Shown here piece after piece: positions 32,187 to 41,682 of a DNA stretch of 50,239 nucleotides. Position 1 is the first letter of the stretch. Every line of letters starts with the position of its first letter. A program made the position numbers and the translations under genes. The notes below the pieces were generated by a model, which ran no database searches, was not told the origin of the DNA, and saw only the letters and a list, made by a program, of their open reading frames with translations. The stretch lies in assembly GCA_050330055.1 (NCBI GenBank), contig JBHJOF010000052.1, positions 1 to 50,239 on the forward strand, written 5' to 3'. Source of the DNA: Kiloniellales bacterium. GTDB lineage: Bacteria > Pseudomonadota > Alphaproteobacteria > Kiloniellales > JAKSDN01.

Positions 32187-33729
32187 GCTCCGCCGGGGCG
32201 AGCGGCGCCCTGCCGAGGATCAGGTCGCTAGCCCGCTCGGCAATGGCGATCACGGCCGCGTTGACCGGCCCCGTGGTGAGGTGCGGCATGACCGAGGCGT
32301 CGACCACGTAGAGCCCCTCGACGCCGCGCAGCTTCAGGTCGGGTCCGACCACCGCCTCCTCATCCGTCCCCATGCGGCAGGTGCCCACCGGATGGTGATG
32401 GGTGAAGGCTGCCTGCTCGAGGAAGCGCAAGCGCTCGGCCTTGCCGTTGCAGGCCGGGCCCGGCAGCAGCTCGCGCTCGCGCCACTCGGCGAGCGCCGCC
32501 GTGCCGCCGACCGCGCGGGCGAGATCGAGTGCGGCCAGATAGGACTCGCGATCGGCCACTTCGGCCAGGTAGTTGGGGTCGATCAACGGTTTGTCGCGCG
32601 GGTCGGCGGAGGCAAGTGTGATGCTGCCGCGGCTCTGCGGATGGGTGAAGCCGAACATGATGGTATAGGTCTCGCCCCGCGGCGGGGCCGTGAAGACTTC
32701 GGTCACGACGGGTGCTGTGACGCAGGCCAGCACCAGCTCCGGCGCAGCGGCGCCGTTGCCGCCGCCCGCATAGAGCAGCGATTCCGAATGCTGATAGCGC
32801 GACGGCGGCACCGGGCGCCTGGCGCGATAGAGGTTGCCGCCCGACAGCAGGTGGTCCTGCAGATTGCGGCCGACGCCGGGCAGGTCGATGCGCGGGGCGA
32901 TTCCCAACGCCTTCAGCTCGTCCGCCGGCCCGATGCCCGAGTGCATCAACAAGGTCGGCGAGCCGATCGCGCCGGCCGACAGGATCACGGCCTGCGCCGC
33001 GCCGATGCTGCGACTCTCTCCATTCGACTCCAGCTCGACGCCGATGCAGCGGTCGCCGTCGTCGAGTAGCAGCCGGCGCACCAAGCTATCGGTTATCACC
33101 GTCAGATTGGGTCGCACGAGCGCCGGAGTCAGATAGGCGTCGGCCACGCTCTGCCGCTTGCCGTTGGCGATGGTGAAGGTGTTGAGCGTCGGCCCGATCA
33201 TGTGCGGCCCGTTATGGTCGGGAATCGGCTGGAAGCCCAGCTCCTCGGCGCCGGCCATATAGGCGCATGTAATGGGATGCGGTTCCGCGGGCGTGATCAT
33301 GCTCACCGGCCCGCCCGCGCCGTGATAGGGCGAGGGGGCGAAGGGCGAGTCTTCCGAGCGCTTGAAGTAGGGCAGGAGGTCACGGTAGCCCCAGCCGCTG
33401 CAGCCTGCCGCCGCCCAGGCGTCGAAGTCGCTCGGATGGCCGCGTACGTGGGCCATGGCGTGCAGGCAGCTCGAGCCGCCGATCACGCGGCCGCGCGGCC
33501 AGGCGTGCACGCGGCCGGCGCCATGCCTTTGCGGTGCGGTCTCGAACTGCCAGTCGATGGCCGAGCCCTGCAGCGCAACCCAGGCGGCAGGATCGGCGAT
33601 CCTTGGATCGCTTGGCGGGCCGCCCGCCTCGATCAGCGCGACCCGGACCTCGGCGACCTCGCTGAGCCGCGCCGCGAGCACGCAGCCGGCGCTGCCGGCG
33701 CCCACAATGAGGTAGTCGAAAAGCTCCAC
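32179..33729 (-). CDS. pno: Pyridoxine 4-oxidase (GMC oxidoreductase)
   Basis: GRVIGGSSCLHAM, RGHPSDF, NLQDHLLSGGNLYRARRPVPPSRYQHSES and THHHPVGTCRMG match recalled M. loti Mll6785 motifs. GTG start after AGGAG. Confidence 0.9.
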   Translation of the reverse strand: MELFDYLIVGAGSAGCVLAARLSEVAEVRVALIEAGGPPSDPRIADPAAWVALQGSAIDWQFETAPQRHGAGRVHAWPRGRVIGGSSCLHAMAHVRGHPSDFDAWAAAGCSGWGYRDLLPYFKRSEDSPFAPSPYHGAGGPVSMITPAEPHPITCAYMAGAEELGFQPIPDHNGPHMIGPTLNTFTIANGKRQSVADAYLTPALVRPNLTVITDSLVRRLLLDDGDRCIGVELESNGESRSIGAAQAVILSAGAIGSPTLLMHSGIGPADELKALGIAPRIDLPGVGRNLQDHLLSGGNLYRARRPVPPSRYQHSESLLYAGGGNGAAAPELVLACVTAPVVTEVFTAPPRGETYTIMFGFTHPQSRGSITLASADPRDKPLIDPNYLAEVADRESYLAALDLARAVGGTAALAEWRERELLPGPACNGKAERLRFLEQAAFTHHHPVGTCRMGTDEEAVVGPDLKLRGVEGLYVVDASVMPHLTTGPVNAAVIAIAERASDLILGRAPLAPAELT

Positions 33730-33838
33730 GCACCACTCCTAGATGTCGGAAATAGCAGCAAAAAATCATCTTAGCACCTCCCGCTCGCAAGCCCCAGATG
33801 CTATTCTTTTCGCGGGGCGAGCGAGGGAGGGAAGGTCC

Positions 33839-35014
33839 ATGCCATCCGGCTTACCGAAACAACCGGTGATCACCCTGTCGGCCGGCCCGGTGCCGGCCTA
33901 TCAGCGGGTGCTGCAGGCCATGGCCGGCCCGGTGCACTACGACTATGACGTCTATTTTCAGGCACTCTACGAGCAGGTCGCGCGCAAGTGGGCGACGGCG
34001 CTGCGGACCAAGGAGCCGCCGCTGATCCTGCACTACGAGCCGGCGGTCGGGCTCGAGGCCGCCTCGGCCTCGCTGATCGGCAAGGACGACGTGGTGCTCA
34101 ACCTGGCCTCCGGTGTCTACGGCAAGGGCTTCGGCTACTGGGCCGCGCGCACCGCCAAGGAGGTGGTCGAGATCGAGGTGCCCTACAACGAATCGATCGC
34201 GCCCGAGCAGGTGGCCGAGGCCTTCCGCAAACGGCCCGAAATCAAGGTCGTCTCGCTGGTGCATCACGACACGCCCTCGGGCACGATCAACCCGGCGCGC
34301 GAGATCGGCAAGGTAGTGCGCGACAACGACGGCCTGCTGATCATCGACGCGGTCTCGTCCTTCGGCGGCATGGATATCCACCCGGACGACTGCTTCGCCG
34401 ACCTCTTCGTCACCGGCCCCGGCAAGTGCCTGGGCGGCGCGCCCGGCCTGACCGTCATCGCCATGAGCGATCGTGCCTGGCGCCACATCGAAGCCAATGC
34501 CGATACGCCGAAAGCGTCCGTTCTCAGCCTGCTCGACTGGAAGAACGCCTGGCGCAAGGAGGAGCCTTTCCCCTTCACGCCCTCGGTCACCGAAGTGAAC
34601 GGCCTGGAGGCCGTGGTCGATCTCTATCTGGAGGAAGGACCGGAGTCCGTGTGGCGGCGGCACGCCCTGACGGCCGCGGCCTGCCGTGCCGGCATGCAGG
34701 CCATGGGCTTGTCGCTCTGGGCGGCGCGCGAAGAGATCGCTTCGCCGACTACCACGGCCTTGCGTGTGCCGGACGGCGTAACCGACACGGAGCTGCTGGC
34801 CGCGACGCGTGAGAGTTTCGGCGTGGTCCTGTCGCTCGGGCGCGGCGACACGCTGGGCAAGCTGATCCGCGTCGGTCACATGGGCCCGGTCGCCGAGCCG
34901 ATCTATGCGACCGTCGCCGTTGCCGCCCTCGGCGGCGCGCTGCGCAAGCTGGGCAGGAAAGCGGACGTCGCCGCCGGGGTCGAGGCGGCGCTCGCGGTCA
35001 TCGCCGCCGGCTGA
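33839..35014 (+). CDS. ppaT: Pyridoxamine-pyruvate transaminase
   Basis: PVITLSAGPV, VLNLASGVYGKGFGYW, HHDTPSGTINP, GPGKCLG and PFPFTPSV closely match M. loti Mlr6806 as recalled. Confidence 0.93.
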   Translation: MPSGLPKQPVITLSAGPVPAYQRVLQAMAGPVHYDYDVYFQALYEQVARKWATALRTKEPPLILHYEPAVGLEAASASLIGKDDVVLNLASGVYGKGFGYWAARTAKEVVEIEVPYNESIAPEQVAEAFRKRPEIKVVSLVHHDTPSGTINPAREIGKVVRDNDGLLIIDAVSSFGGMDIHPDDCFADLFVTGPGKCLGGAPGLTVIAMSDRAWRHIEANADTPKASVLSLLDWKNAWRKEEPFPFTPSVTEVNGLEAVVDLYLEEGPESVWRRHALTAAACRAGMQAMGLSLWAAREEIASPTTTALRVPDGVTDTELLAATRESFGVVLSLGRGDTLGKLIRVGHMGPVAEPIYATVAVAALGGALRKLGRKADVAAGVEAALAVIAAG

Positions 35015-35058
35015 TCACCAGACTGTCAAAACTATACGAGGTAGAGGGGGACTAGAGC

Positions 35059-35799
35059 ATGAAGAGGTTCGAGGGACGCGTCGCCGTGGTGACTGGCGCC
35101 GCCCAGGGCATCGGCCGCGCCATCGCCGAGCGCATCGGCGCTGAGGGGGCGACGCTGGCCGTCGTCGACATCAACGACGCCGGGGCCGAGGCCGCCGCCA
35201 AGGCGATCGGCGGCAAGGCCTTCGGCGTGCAATGCGACATCGGCGACCCCGAGTCTGTGAAGGCCCTGTTCGACACCGTGATCGAGCGGGCCGGCAAGCT
35301 GGACGTGCAGGTCAACGCCGCCGCCATCGTGCCCTTCGTGCCCTGGGACGAGCTGACCTTCGAGGAGTGGCGCCGGGTCATGCGGGTCAACCTGGACGGG
35401 CTCTACCTGATGTGCCGCGCCGGCTCCGACCTCATGCGCAAGAACGGCTACGGGCGGATCGTCAACATCTCCTCGAACTCGATCTTCGCCGGCACGCCGA
35501 ACATGGCGCACTACGTGGCCTCCAAGGGCGGCGTGCTGACCTTCACCCGCGCGCTGGCGACCGAACTTGGCGCCTACAAGATCACCGCCAACTGCGTCTG
35601 CCCCGGCCTCACCGACACTGAAGGCGTGCAGCAGACGCCGCACAAGGAGGCCTTCGAGTTCGTCGAAATGCTGCAGGCAATCAAGGGCCGCGGCACGCCC
35701 CGGGACATCGTCCCGGCAGTCGCCTTCCTCGCATCGGAAGAAGCCCACTGGATCACCGGCCAGGCGCTCGCCGTAGATGCCGGGATGATCCGCTGGTAG
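35059..35799 (+). CDS. pldh: Pyridoxal 4-dehydrogenase (SDR family)
   Basis: TGAAQGIG, IVPFVPWD, FAGTPNMAHYVASKGG, AFEFVEMLQA and WITGQ..VDAGM match Mlr6807-type enzymes. Confidence 0.92.
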   Translation: MKRFEGRVAVVTGAAQGIGRAIAERIGAEGATLAVVDINDAGAEAAAKAIGGKAFGVQCDIGDPESVKALFDTVIERAGKLDVQVNAAAIVPFVPWDELTFEEWRRVMRVNLDGLYLMCRAGSDLMRKNGYGRIVNISSNSIFAGTPNMAHYVASKGGVLTFTRALATELGAYKITANCVCPGLTDTEGVQQTPHKEAFEFVEMLQAIKGRGTPRDIVPAVAFLASEEAHWITGQALAVDAGMIRW

Positions 35800-35842
35800 G
35801 TTGGGTCGCTGCAAGAGGCGCTCGACCTCGCCACAATCACAG

Positions 35843-35935
35843 CTGTCGTCCCGGCACTTGTTGCCGGGACCCATTGGCCTATCCGTCTCACGCTGCAGCG
35901 CCATTGGGTCCCGGGGACAAGCCCCGGGACGACAG
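35843..35935. repeat. REP-like inverted pair between convergent genes (possible bidirectional terminator)
   Basis: CTGTCGTCCCGGcacttgttgCCGGGACCCA ... TGGGTCCCGGggacaagccCCGGGACGACAG: two palindromic units in inverted orientation. Confidence 0.8.
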
Positions 35936-35972
35936 GGGTGTGTGTATCGGCGTTGTGCGACCGCGCAAGCAC

Positions 35973-36779
35973 CTAGCTGTAGAACTTCGGCCCCGTCTGA
36001 TACTTGGCGAAGGACTCGCCGTCGTGCGAGAAGAAGAGTTCGGCGTCGTGCTTCTCGGCCAGGTCCTTCAGGCGCTGCAGCGACTGCACGCTCTTGGTCG
36101 GGTCGAGGTGGAAGCCGGAGATGCACATCATCTCCAGGCTCTTCGCCGTATAGCAGGCGTCGCCGGTGAAGAGGATCGGCCGACGGTCGGCCAGCTCGAC
36201 CATCATGCTGTAGTGGCCGGCTGTGTGGCCCGGCGTCTCGAACAGCCAGAGCCCCTTGGCGATCTCCTGGTCGCCGCTCAAAGTCTGGAACTTCGGCGTA
36301 TAGATGTCGAGCTCCGGCTCGTCCGGCAGGGTGATGCCGCGCTTCTCGGCCAGCTCAGGCGAGAAGTTATAGTCGGAGTAGCCCAGGCGCTCGAAGGGCT
36401 GCGGGCAGTTGCACTGCTCCAGCTCGGCCGCGTGACAGACCGTGCAGGCCTCGCTCAGGTACTTGTTCCCACCGCAATGGTCGAAGTGATAGTGCGAGTT
36501 GATGACGTAGTCGATGTCACTCGGCTTCAGGTTCAGCTTGGCGAGCGCGCCGGGGATGGTCTGCTCCGGCGTCTGCTGCGGCTTCTCGAAGGGCAGTACG
36601 CGCATGACGTGATCGTAGTCGTAGCCGGTGTCGTAGAGATAGCGGCCGTCCTCGTGCTCGACGAGAACCGAGTAGCAGGGAAAGCGCACTTCGCCGCCCG
36701 GCCCGCGGTTCCAGTAGACATGATAGCCGTCTACGACCAGCGTGCCGCCATCGAGTAGGTAGACCTTTGTTTTTGACAT
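35973..36779 (-). CDS. pdlA: 4-pyridoxolactonase (metallo-beta-lactamase fold)
   Basis: TKVYLLDGG..DGYHVYWNRGPGGEVRFP, DTGYDYDHVM.VLPFEKP and the SHYHFDH metal motif match Mlr6805. Confidence 0.95.
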   Translation of the reverse strand: MSKTKVYLLDGGTLVVDGYHVYWNRGPGGEVRFPCYSVLVEHEDGRYLYDTGYDYDHVMRVLPFEKPQQTPEQTIPGALAKLNLKPSDIDYVINSHYHFDHCGGNKYLSEACTVCHAAELEQCNCPQPFERLGYSDYNFSPELAEKRGITLPDEPELDIYTPKFQTLSGDQEIAKGLWLFETPGHTAGHYSMMVELADRRPILFTGDACYTAKSLEMMCISGFHLDPTKSVQSLQRLKDLAEKHDAELFFSHDGESFAKYQTGPKFYS

Positions 36780-36815
36780 CGCCGCCTCCTCATCTCTCTC
36801 CGGTTCTATCGTAGC

Positions 36816-37751
36816 TTATCGCTGCCCGCGCACGTAAGGGTGTCCCAGGGCCGGCGGCAGATAGCTGTGCCGTCCGAAGATCACCAGCACCAGCATGACC
36901 ATTGCGAAGGGCAGCATCTGCACCACGTCGGTCGGGATGTTGAGCCCGGCCACCTGCAGCGCCGTAGTGAGCGCCAGGCTGATGCCGAACAAGAGCGCAC
37001 CCAGCAGCACCCAGAGCGGCCGGCCGCGCGCCAGCATGGCCAGCACGATGGCGATGAACCCGGCGCCGCCGGTCATGAAGGGGATGAACAGGCCGGCACC
37101 GACGTTCGCCATGTAGGCGCCGCCGATGCCCGCTAGGAAGCCCGTCGCCAGCACGGCGTAGATCCGCGTCGCGATGACGCTGACGCCAGTCGCGTCCAAT
37201 GCCGGCGGCTTGTTGCCGGCCGCCTCCAGGTTGAGACCGACAAAGGTCGAGCGGAACAGCCAGGCGAGCCCGAAGGTGAAGGCGACCAGCAGATAGACCA
37301 GAGGGTGATGGTCAAAGAGTGCGCGGCCGATCACCGGGATCTGGTCCAGGAGCGGGATGCCGTGCGCGCCGTGGACGCCCAGCCGGGGGTAGGTGCGGCT
37401 GAACTGGAAGAAGTGGAGCAGGGCGGTCAGGCCCTCGGCGCCAAGGGTCAGCGCGATGCCGATCACGATCTGGTTCATGCCGAGGCGCACGCAGAACAGT
37501 GCCATAAGCGCCGCGACCAGGCCGCCGCCCACGCCCCCGGCCAGGAAGCCGAGCCAGAAGGAGCCGCTGTAGTAGGCGACGGCGAAGCCGCCGTAGGCGC
37601 CCATCAGCATCATGCCTTCGATGCCGATGTTGAGCACGCCGGCCTTCTCGGAGATCTGCTCGCCCAGGCCGGCGAACAGCAGCGGGACGCCAGCGGTGAT
37701 CGCGCCGAACAGCAGCGAGGTGATGAAGGCTTCGGTTAGGAGACCGCTCAT
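36816..37751 (-). CDS. Putative vitamin B6 ABC transporter permease 1
   Basis: GEQISEKAGVLNIGIEGMML and GFIAIVL motifs of nucleoside/BMP-type permeases, within the B6 cluster. Confidence 0.88.
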   Translation of the reverse strand: MSGLLTEAFITSLLFGAITAGVPLLFAGLGEQISEKAGVLNIGIEGMMLMGAYGGFAVAYYSGSFWLGFLAGGVGGGLVAALMALFCVRLGMNQIVIGIALTLGAEGLTALLHFFQFSRTYPRLGVHGAHGIPLLDQIPVIGRALFDHHPLVYLLVAFTFGLAWLFRSTFVGLNLEAAGNKPPALDATGVSVIATRIYAVLATGFLAGIGGAYMANVGAGLFIPFMTGGAGFIAIVLAMLARGRPLWVLLGALLFGISLALTTALQVAGLNIPTDVVQMLPFAMVMLVLVIFGRHSYLPPALGHPYVRGQR

Positions 37752-37756
37752 GCCAC

Positions 37757-38848
37757 TCAAGCCTTGGTTCGCGCGCGCCAGCGCCCGTCGAGGTACTCGA
37801 CCAGCGCCAGGAAGATCAGTAGCAGGGCAACCAGCACCAGCACGTAGTACTGCGGCACCCCGACCCGCCGCGCCGCGCTCTCGCCGCCGATCATCAGGAT
37901 GGCGAAGAACAGCACGAAGCCGATGGTCGCCCAGCCGTTGAAGCGGGCGAGGAAGACCAGCGGGATGACCAGCAGGCCATAGGCCGGGTTCCAGTCCGCC
38001 CGCATCACGCCCCAGACGCCCAGGATCTCGATCGAGCCGCCGAGCCCCGCAAGCCCGGCGCTGATCGCGAAGGTGGCGTAGGTCAGCCTGCCGACCTTGA
38101 GGCCGGCATGGACAGCGGCGCGCGGGTTGGCGCCGACCACCTGCAGCTTCAGCCCGAAAGCGGTGCGGGTCATCATGAGGTGGACCAGCACGATCGCCAG
38201 CAGGGCGATCAGCACGCCGCTGTGCACCGTTGTATCGAACAGGCGCGGCAGGCGGTCCGCGACCGCAAGCGTGGCGGTCTGCGGCACCGTGGTGGTGGGA
38301 TCGTTGAAGGGAATCTTGACCAGTACGTTCGCCAGGCTGATGCCGAGGAAGCTCATCATCAGGGTGGTGACGATCTCGTTGATGCCGTAGCGCGCCTTGA
38401 GGAAGGCGGGCAGCAGCGACCAGAGCGCGGCCACGAGGCTGGCAACGACCAAGCAGACCAGCACCATGAGGCCTTGCGGCAGCGCCCCGATCAGAACGGG
38501 GGCCAGCGCGGCGCTGCTCACGGCGGCCAGCAGGAACTGGCCGTCGACGCCGAGATTCCAGATGCCGGCCCGGAAGGCCACGATCAGCCCGGCGGCGATC
38601 AGCAGCAGTGGCGCGATGCGGGTGATGGTGGCCTGAAGGCCGCTCGGCGACAGCAGACCGCGCTGCACCACGTAGCCGTAGTAGGCCAGCGGGTCCTTGC
38701 CGAAGGCGAGCAGAATCAGCGCGCCGACGGCGAGCGCCAGCACCACCGGCAGCAGCACCCGGGCAATGGCCATGATCCAGTCGATGCCCAGGGCGGCACC
38801 ACCGGACGGTGCTGGACTGCCCCGTGCGACCTCGGTCTCGGCGCTCAT
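37757..38848 (-). CDS. Putative vitamin B6 ABC transporter permease 2
   Basis: AFRAGIWNLGVDGQF, GINEIVTTLMM and VVGANPRAAVHAG motifs. Confidence 0.88.
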   Translation of the reverse strand: MSAETEVARGSPAPSGGAALGIDWIMAIARVLLPVVLALAVGALILLAFGKDPLAYYGYVVQRGLLSPSGLQATITRIAPLLLIAAGLIVAFRAGIWNLGVDGQFLLAAVSSAALAPVLIGALPQGLMVLVCLVVASLVAALWSLLPAFLKARYGINEIVTTLMMSFLGISLANVLVKIPFNDPTTTVPQTATLAVADRLPRLFDTTVHSGVLIALLAIVLVHLMMTRTAFGLKLQVVGANPRAAVHAGLKVGRLTYATFAISAGLAGLGGSIEILGVWGVMRADWNPAYGLLVIPLVFLARFNGWATIGFVLFFAILMIGGESAARRVGVPQYYVLVLVALLLIFLALVEYLDGRWRARTKA

Positions 38849-40467
38849 GCCGCCGCCGCTCCGGTCATCAGCAGGCCGATCTGGCGCTCGGCGCCGGGCA
38901 GGTTGTCAACGATGCCGGCGAAGCGGCCCTGGAACATCACGGCGATGCGATCGGACAGCTCGATCAGCTCGTCCAGCTCGGTGGAGATCAGGATGGTGGC
39001 CAGCCCGGACTCGGCGCCGCGCCGGATGCGGTCGCGCGCCAGGCGTGTGCTCTGCAGGTCGAGGCCATAGGTCGGCTTGTTGTAGATCAGCACTTTGGCG
39101 TTGCCGCCGAGCTCGCGTGCGAGCAGCACCTTCTGGATGTTGCCGCCGGAGAGGCGGCCGAGCGGCGTGCGCTCGGAGGGCGTGCGGATGTCGTGCTCGC
39201 GAATCTGTTCTCGGGCGCTGGCGAAGATGCGGTCCCACAGGCTGACCCCATGCCGCCAAAGCGGCGGCCGCCCGATCTCCTTCATGACCAGGTTGTGGGC
39301 GACGGGAAAGGCGCTGACCGTACCTTCGCCCAGTCGCTCGTCGGTGATGTAACCCACGCCGCGCCGGCGCCGCTCCGAGACGCCGAGCTGCTCGATTCTT
39401 TGGGCATCGAGAATGATTTCGCCCTCGGCCGCGGAACGCTGGCCGGCCAGGGCTTCGGCCAGGTGCTTCTGGCCGTTGCCGTCGACACCGGCAATGCCCA
39501 GAATCTCGCCCGGCCGCAGCTCGAATGAGACCTGCCGCAACGGGCATTCGCCCGCCTCCGCCCGGGTCGAGAGGCCGAGCACGACCAGGCAAGGCATGCC
39601 CGCTGGCCGCGCCGCCGCGCGTCTTGGCTTATGGTGGCCGCGCCCGACCAGGGTTTCGGCGTCGCGGCCGTGGCCCGCGGTGCTGCCGAACATGAGACGG
39701 ATGACCTCATCGGTCACCGCTTGCTCGCTCATGGTCGTCAGTCGCTCAGGGCCGAGTTGGCCCACCAGCTTGCCGAGGCGCAGGACCGAAATGCGGTCGC
39801 CGAAGGCATAGGCTTCCTGCAGCTTGTGGGTGATGAAGACGACGGCGACGCCTTGGCCGCGCAGCCGCTTCATGACCTGGCCCAGCTCCTGCACGCCCTG
39901 CGGCGTCAGCATGGAGGTCGGCTCGTCGAGGATCAGCACGCCCTCGTCGCGCCACAGGGCCCGCATGATCTCGACCTGCTGCTGCTGGCCGAGTGACAGG
40001 CGGCCGACCACGGCGTCGGGCGAAAAGTCGACGGCGAGCAGCTTGGCAAGGTCCTTGAAGCGCGCGAGCGCCGCCGCGCGGTCCATGCGCTGCCACCAGG
40101 GCCCGCCGAGCATGAGGTTCTCCAGCACCGAGAGGCTCTGCACCAGCAGCACGTGCTGGAATACCGTGCCGATGCCGAGCTCCAGGCTCTCGCGCGGCGA
40201 GCCGATGCCTACGCCTTGGCCGCGCACCCGGATCTCGCCTGCGTCCGGGTGCTGCATGCCGGCCAGGATGCCGATCAGGGTCGACTTGCCGGCGCCGTTT
40301 TCGCCCAGCAGCACGTGGATCTCGCCGGCGTTGAAGCTGAGGGAAATGTCGTCGTTGGCGAGGACGCCGGGGAAGCGTTTGGTGATGCCGCGCAGCTCGA
40401 CGACAGGCGCGCCTTGCTTGGCGGCGGGCGGCTGGCCGGAGGGCTGGGTGACGGAGCTATGTGTCAT
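38845..40467 (-). CDS. Putative vitamin B6 ABC transporter ATP-binding protein (tandem NBDs, CUT2 type)
   Basis: GENGAGKST, LILDEPT and FITHKL; second NBD with GVDGNGQ and LSGGNIQK. Confidence 0.92.
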   Translation of the reverse strand: MTHSSVTQPSGQPPAAKQGAPVVELRGITKRFPGVLANDDISLSFNAGEIHVLLGENGAGKSTLIGILAGMQHPDAGEIRVRGQGVGIGSPRESLELGIGTVFQHVLLVQSLSVLENLMLGGPWWQRMDRAAALARFKDLAKLLAVDFSPDAVVGRLSLGQQQQVEIMRALWRDEGVLILDEPTSMLTPQGVQELGQVMKRLRGQGVAVVFITHKLQEAYAFGDRISVLRLGKLVGQLGPERLTTMSEQAVTDEVIRLMFGSTAGHGRDAETLVGRGHHKPRRAAARPAGMPCLVVLGLSTRAEAGECPLRQVSFELRPGEILGIAGVDGNGQKHLAEALAGQRSAAEGEIILDAQRIEQLGVSERRRRGVGYITDERLGEGTVSAFPVAHNLVMKEIGRPPLWRHGVSLWDRIFASAREQIREHDIRTPSERTPLGRLSGGNIQKVLLARELGGNAKVLIYNKPTYGLDLQSTRLARDRIRRGAESGLATILISTELDELIELSDRIAVMFQGRFAGIVDNLPGAERQIGLLMTGAAAA

Positions 40468-40475
40468 GGACGCCG

Positions 40476-40525
40476 AAAACAGGGGCGGCCCGGAAGCGCG
40501 GAAAGCCCGCCTCCCGGACCGCCGA
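40476..40525 (-). terminator. Stem-loop after the BMP-type SBP gene
   Basis: On the minus strand, GGCGGTCCGGGAGGCG...CGCTTCCGGGCCGCC is followed by CCTGTTTT. Confidence 0.55.
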
Positions 40526-40532
40526 ACGACTA

Positions 40533-41597
40533 CTACTCGGCCTGAGCTTCGACCGCGCTCATCAGCGTGCGGACTTCCTGAGCGTCGGAGATCCGATCGA
40601 CCGTGATCTTGCCGTCGATGATGTCCTGACGCATGGCCGTCAGCTCGCTCCAGATTTCCTCCGGGATGTGCGGCATCTTCAGCAGCGCCACCGACTCGTC
40701 GGCCAGGCTGATCTTGTAGTGCTTGGTGCCGAACTCATCCGCCTTCAGGTCCTCGACCATGGCGCTATAGACCGGCACCATGTTCCAGAGCACCGACGAC
40801 AAAAGGTGCCCCTTGTCGAGCGACGACTTGTCGCCGATCACGTCGATGAACCAGACCTTGTCGCCGTCGATCGCCTTGGTGGTCTCCACCGCCTCGATCA
40901 TGCCGAAGCTGGAGCCGTTGCCCTGGCCGAAGATGATGTCGGCGCCGGCTGAGATGACCGACTCGGTGACGCGGCGGCCGCCGGCGGCGTCAGCATAGGC
41001 GGCCGGGCCGATCACCGCATAGATTATCTTCACGTCGGCCTTCTCGGCCTTCACGCCCATGGCGAAGCCGGCTGACTGCGAGTTCCAGGACGGCGGCTCA
41101 CCGGATACGACGATGCCGACCGTGCCGGTGCGCGTCATCTTCGCCGCCATGCGACCGGCGAGATAAGCGCCCTCGTGGCCGCTCAGGGTGTAGTCGGCGA
41201 TCAGCCCCTTCTCGATCGCGTCGGGACTGTCGACGATCGCCACCGGCACGCCGGTCTCCTTGGCAATCTCGGGCGCCGAGGTGTTGTAGCCGCTGGCGTG
41301 TGCGATCATCAGGCTGGCGCCGTCCTCGGCCAGCTCGCGCAGGGTCGGGCGAACGTCGCCGTAGCCCAGGCCCTCGGCCGGCATGAAGTCCAGCCCATAC
41401 TTCTCGGCGACGGCGCGTGCGGCGTCGACGCCCTGCTGGTTCCAGCCGAAGTCGGTCCCCTGCTCGGGGACCAGCACGGCGATCGCCTTGACCTCGGCCG
41501 CCCCGGCGAGCTGCGCCGTGCCGAGCATCGCCGCCAGCGCCAGGGCGCCGGAGGCGACGAGATTGATACTGACTTTCCTCTTGCACATGGTTTGCAT
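40533..41597 (-). CDS. Putative vitamin B6 ABC transporter substrate-binding protein (BMP family)
   Basis: ATG 41597 after GGGAG; signal peptide; DFGWNQQG, AHASGY, EGAYLAG and GADIIF BMP-family motifs. Confidence 0.88.
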   Translation of the reverse strand: MQTMCKRKVSINLVASGALALAAMLGTAQLAGAAEVKAIAVLVPEQGTDFGWNQQGVDAARAVAEKYGLDFMPAEGLGYGDVRPTLRELAEDGASLMIAHASGYNTSAPEIAKETGVPVAIVDSPDAIEKGLIADYTLSGHEGAYLAGRMAAKMTRTGTVGIVVSGEPPSWNSQSAGFAMGVKAEKADVKIIYAVIGPAAYADAAGGRRVTESVISAGADIIFGQGNGSSFGMIEAVETTKAIDGDKVWFIDVIGDKSSLDKGHLLSSVLWNMVPVYSAMVEDLKADEFGTKHYKISLADESVALLKMPHIPEEIWSELTAMRQDIIDGKITVDRISDAQEVRTLMSAVEAQAE

Positions 41598-41682
41598 TCT
41601 CCCTTCCCGATGTGAGCCTAACTGTTCCATTACCTTTGCTCTTCACGTCCAGTCATATCGCGCGGCCGTGCGGCGCCGCGCG

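Noticed and set aside
32179-33729. Choline dehydrogenase (betA) call for this GMC ORF and for 49897-50239
   Set aside because: Specific motifs and context match pyridoxine 4-oxidase and 4-pyridoxate dehydrogenase.
35973-36779. AHL lactonase (AiiA) quorum-quenching call
   Set aside because: Same fold, but the N-terminal sequence and neighbours identify it as 4-pyridoxolactonase.
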